From positions 1,247,680 through 1,311,679 of the forward strand of contig CAWJPD010000003.1 of NCBI GenBank assembly GCA_963844635.1: a stretch of 64,000 bases of DNA, given 5' to 3'. The stretch is from an uncultured Alphaproteobacteria bacterium (GTDB taxonomy: Bacteria > Pseudomonadota > Alphaproteobacteria > Rhizobiales > Xanthobacteraceae). Shown here piece by piece: positions 63,434 through 64,000 of this stretch (the stretch's first letter is position 1; each line of letters opens with the position of its first letter). A program made the position numbers and the translations under genes. Under the pieces are notes generated by a model. That model searched no databases and had not been told where the DNA came from. It saw only the letters and a list, made by a program, of their open reading frames with translations.

Positions 63434-64000
63434 TCACCCTTTGTTGCGACGCATGCCGGAGAAAATCGTCCCCTGGTCGAGTCCGAGTCTGGCGAGCCGA
63501 AAGCTCAAGCTGGTGCGCAACACGCCCAGTCCGTACACGATGCTACGGGTGAAATTGATCGACGAGGCTTCAGGGAAATACCGGGCCGGACAAGAGATTT
63601 CGCCAATTGCAAAACCCTTGTAGACCGCCTGCGCCAGAATTTGATTATCGAAAATGAAATCATCGGAGTTGTTTTCGAGCGGCAGCGCTTCGATGACTTG
63701 CCGGGTAAATCCCCGGAAACCGGTGTGGTATTCCGAGAGCTTGTGGGCGAGAAGAAGATTTTCGACAAAGGTGAGTGCGCGGTTGGAGACATACTTGTAC
63801 AGCGGCATGCCTCCGGACAGCGCGCCGATGCCGAGGATGCGAGAGCCGAGTACGATATCGAACAACCCTGAGGACAACATTGCTGCCATGGGCAGCAGCA
63901 ATTTCGGAGTGTATTGGTAATCGGGGTGCAGCATGATGATGATGTCGGCTCCGCGTTCGAGCGCGAGCCGATAACAGGTTTTCTGGTTGCCGCCATAGCC
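63434..64000 (-). CDS. Family 2 glycosyltransferase, C-terminal part (5' end beyond the window)
   Basis: ...YGGNQKTCYRLALERGADIIIMLHPDYQYTPKLL...GSRILG...YKYVSNRALT... The frame is open to the window edge. Confidence 0.7.
   Translation of the reverse strand, partial: GYGGNQKTCYRLALERGADIIIMLHPDYQYTPKLLLPMAAMLSSGLFDIVLGSRILGIGALSGGMPLYKYVSNRALTFVENLLLAHKLSEYHTGFRGFTRQVIEALPLENNSDDFIFDNQILAQAVYKGFAIGEISCPARYFPEASSINFTRSIVYGLGVLRTSLSFRLARLGLDQGTIFSGMRRNKG

Overview
High-GC alphaproteobacterial chromosome segment. It looks Bradyrhizobium/Rhodopseudomonas-like, judged from gene content and GTAGGGTGGGCAA-type REP palindromes (recalled, not searched). Gene blocks, left to right:
(1) 2.3-12.4 kb: kynA-kynU (tryptophan to anthranilate), divergent from a 2-aminobenzoyl-CoA hybrid aerobic pathway operon (monooxygenase/reductase, SDR, MarR, enoyl-CoA hydratase, acyl-CoA dehydrogenase, CoA ligase, RidA).
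(2) 12.5-12.9 kb: integrase stub plus tRNA 3' fragment, an integration scar.
(3) 13-17 kb: envelope genes, including a double beta-barrel porin and an L,D-transpeptidase.
(4) 17.1-31.0 kb, minus strand: a 15-gene Tat-less group 1h (Hhy-type) [NiFe]-hydrogenase locus. Order is hhyS, hhyL, four conserved genes of unknown function, protease, a micro-ORF, hypF, hypC, a SIS-domain gene, hypD, hypE, hypA, hypB.
(5) 32.6-38.2 kb: three tandem paralogs of a PQQ methanol/ethanol-family dehydrogenase carrying the D-x-D (lanthanide-type) motif. Only the third copy is intact. A GlcG-like gene follows.
(6) 39.6-42.3 kb: M16 peptidase and thrC.
(7) 43.9-45.6 kb and 61.1-63.2 kb: two paralogous secreted proteins built from a carboxypeptidase-regulatory-like domain, a single CxxCH heme c motif and a beta-propeller. 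One sits next to a mono-heme cytochrome c.
(8) 45.6-47.1 kb: mobile-element debris (REP palindrome, 5' fragment of a group II intron, another gene stub).
(9) Remainder: two-subunit GMC oxidoreductase, AcuI/YhdH-like reductase, GT2 coupled to an AAC(6')-like GNAT, RND pump plus adaptor, VanX-like dipeptidase, amidase, nadC.
A cross-cutting observation: at least 17 single-nucleotide indels, mostly apparent insertions, break otherwise well-conserved genes (TctC-like, hypA, hypE, hypF, PQQ copies 1 and 2, thrC, RND pump, intron RT). This suggests either consensus sequence errors or unusual pseudogenisation. No rRNA, intact tRNA or CRISPR array was seen. All family assignments come from reading the translations and from memory. 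No searches were run.
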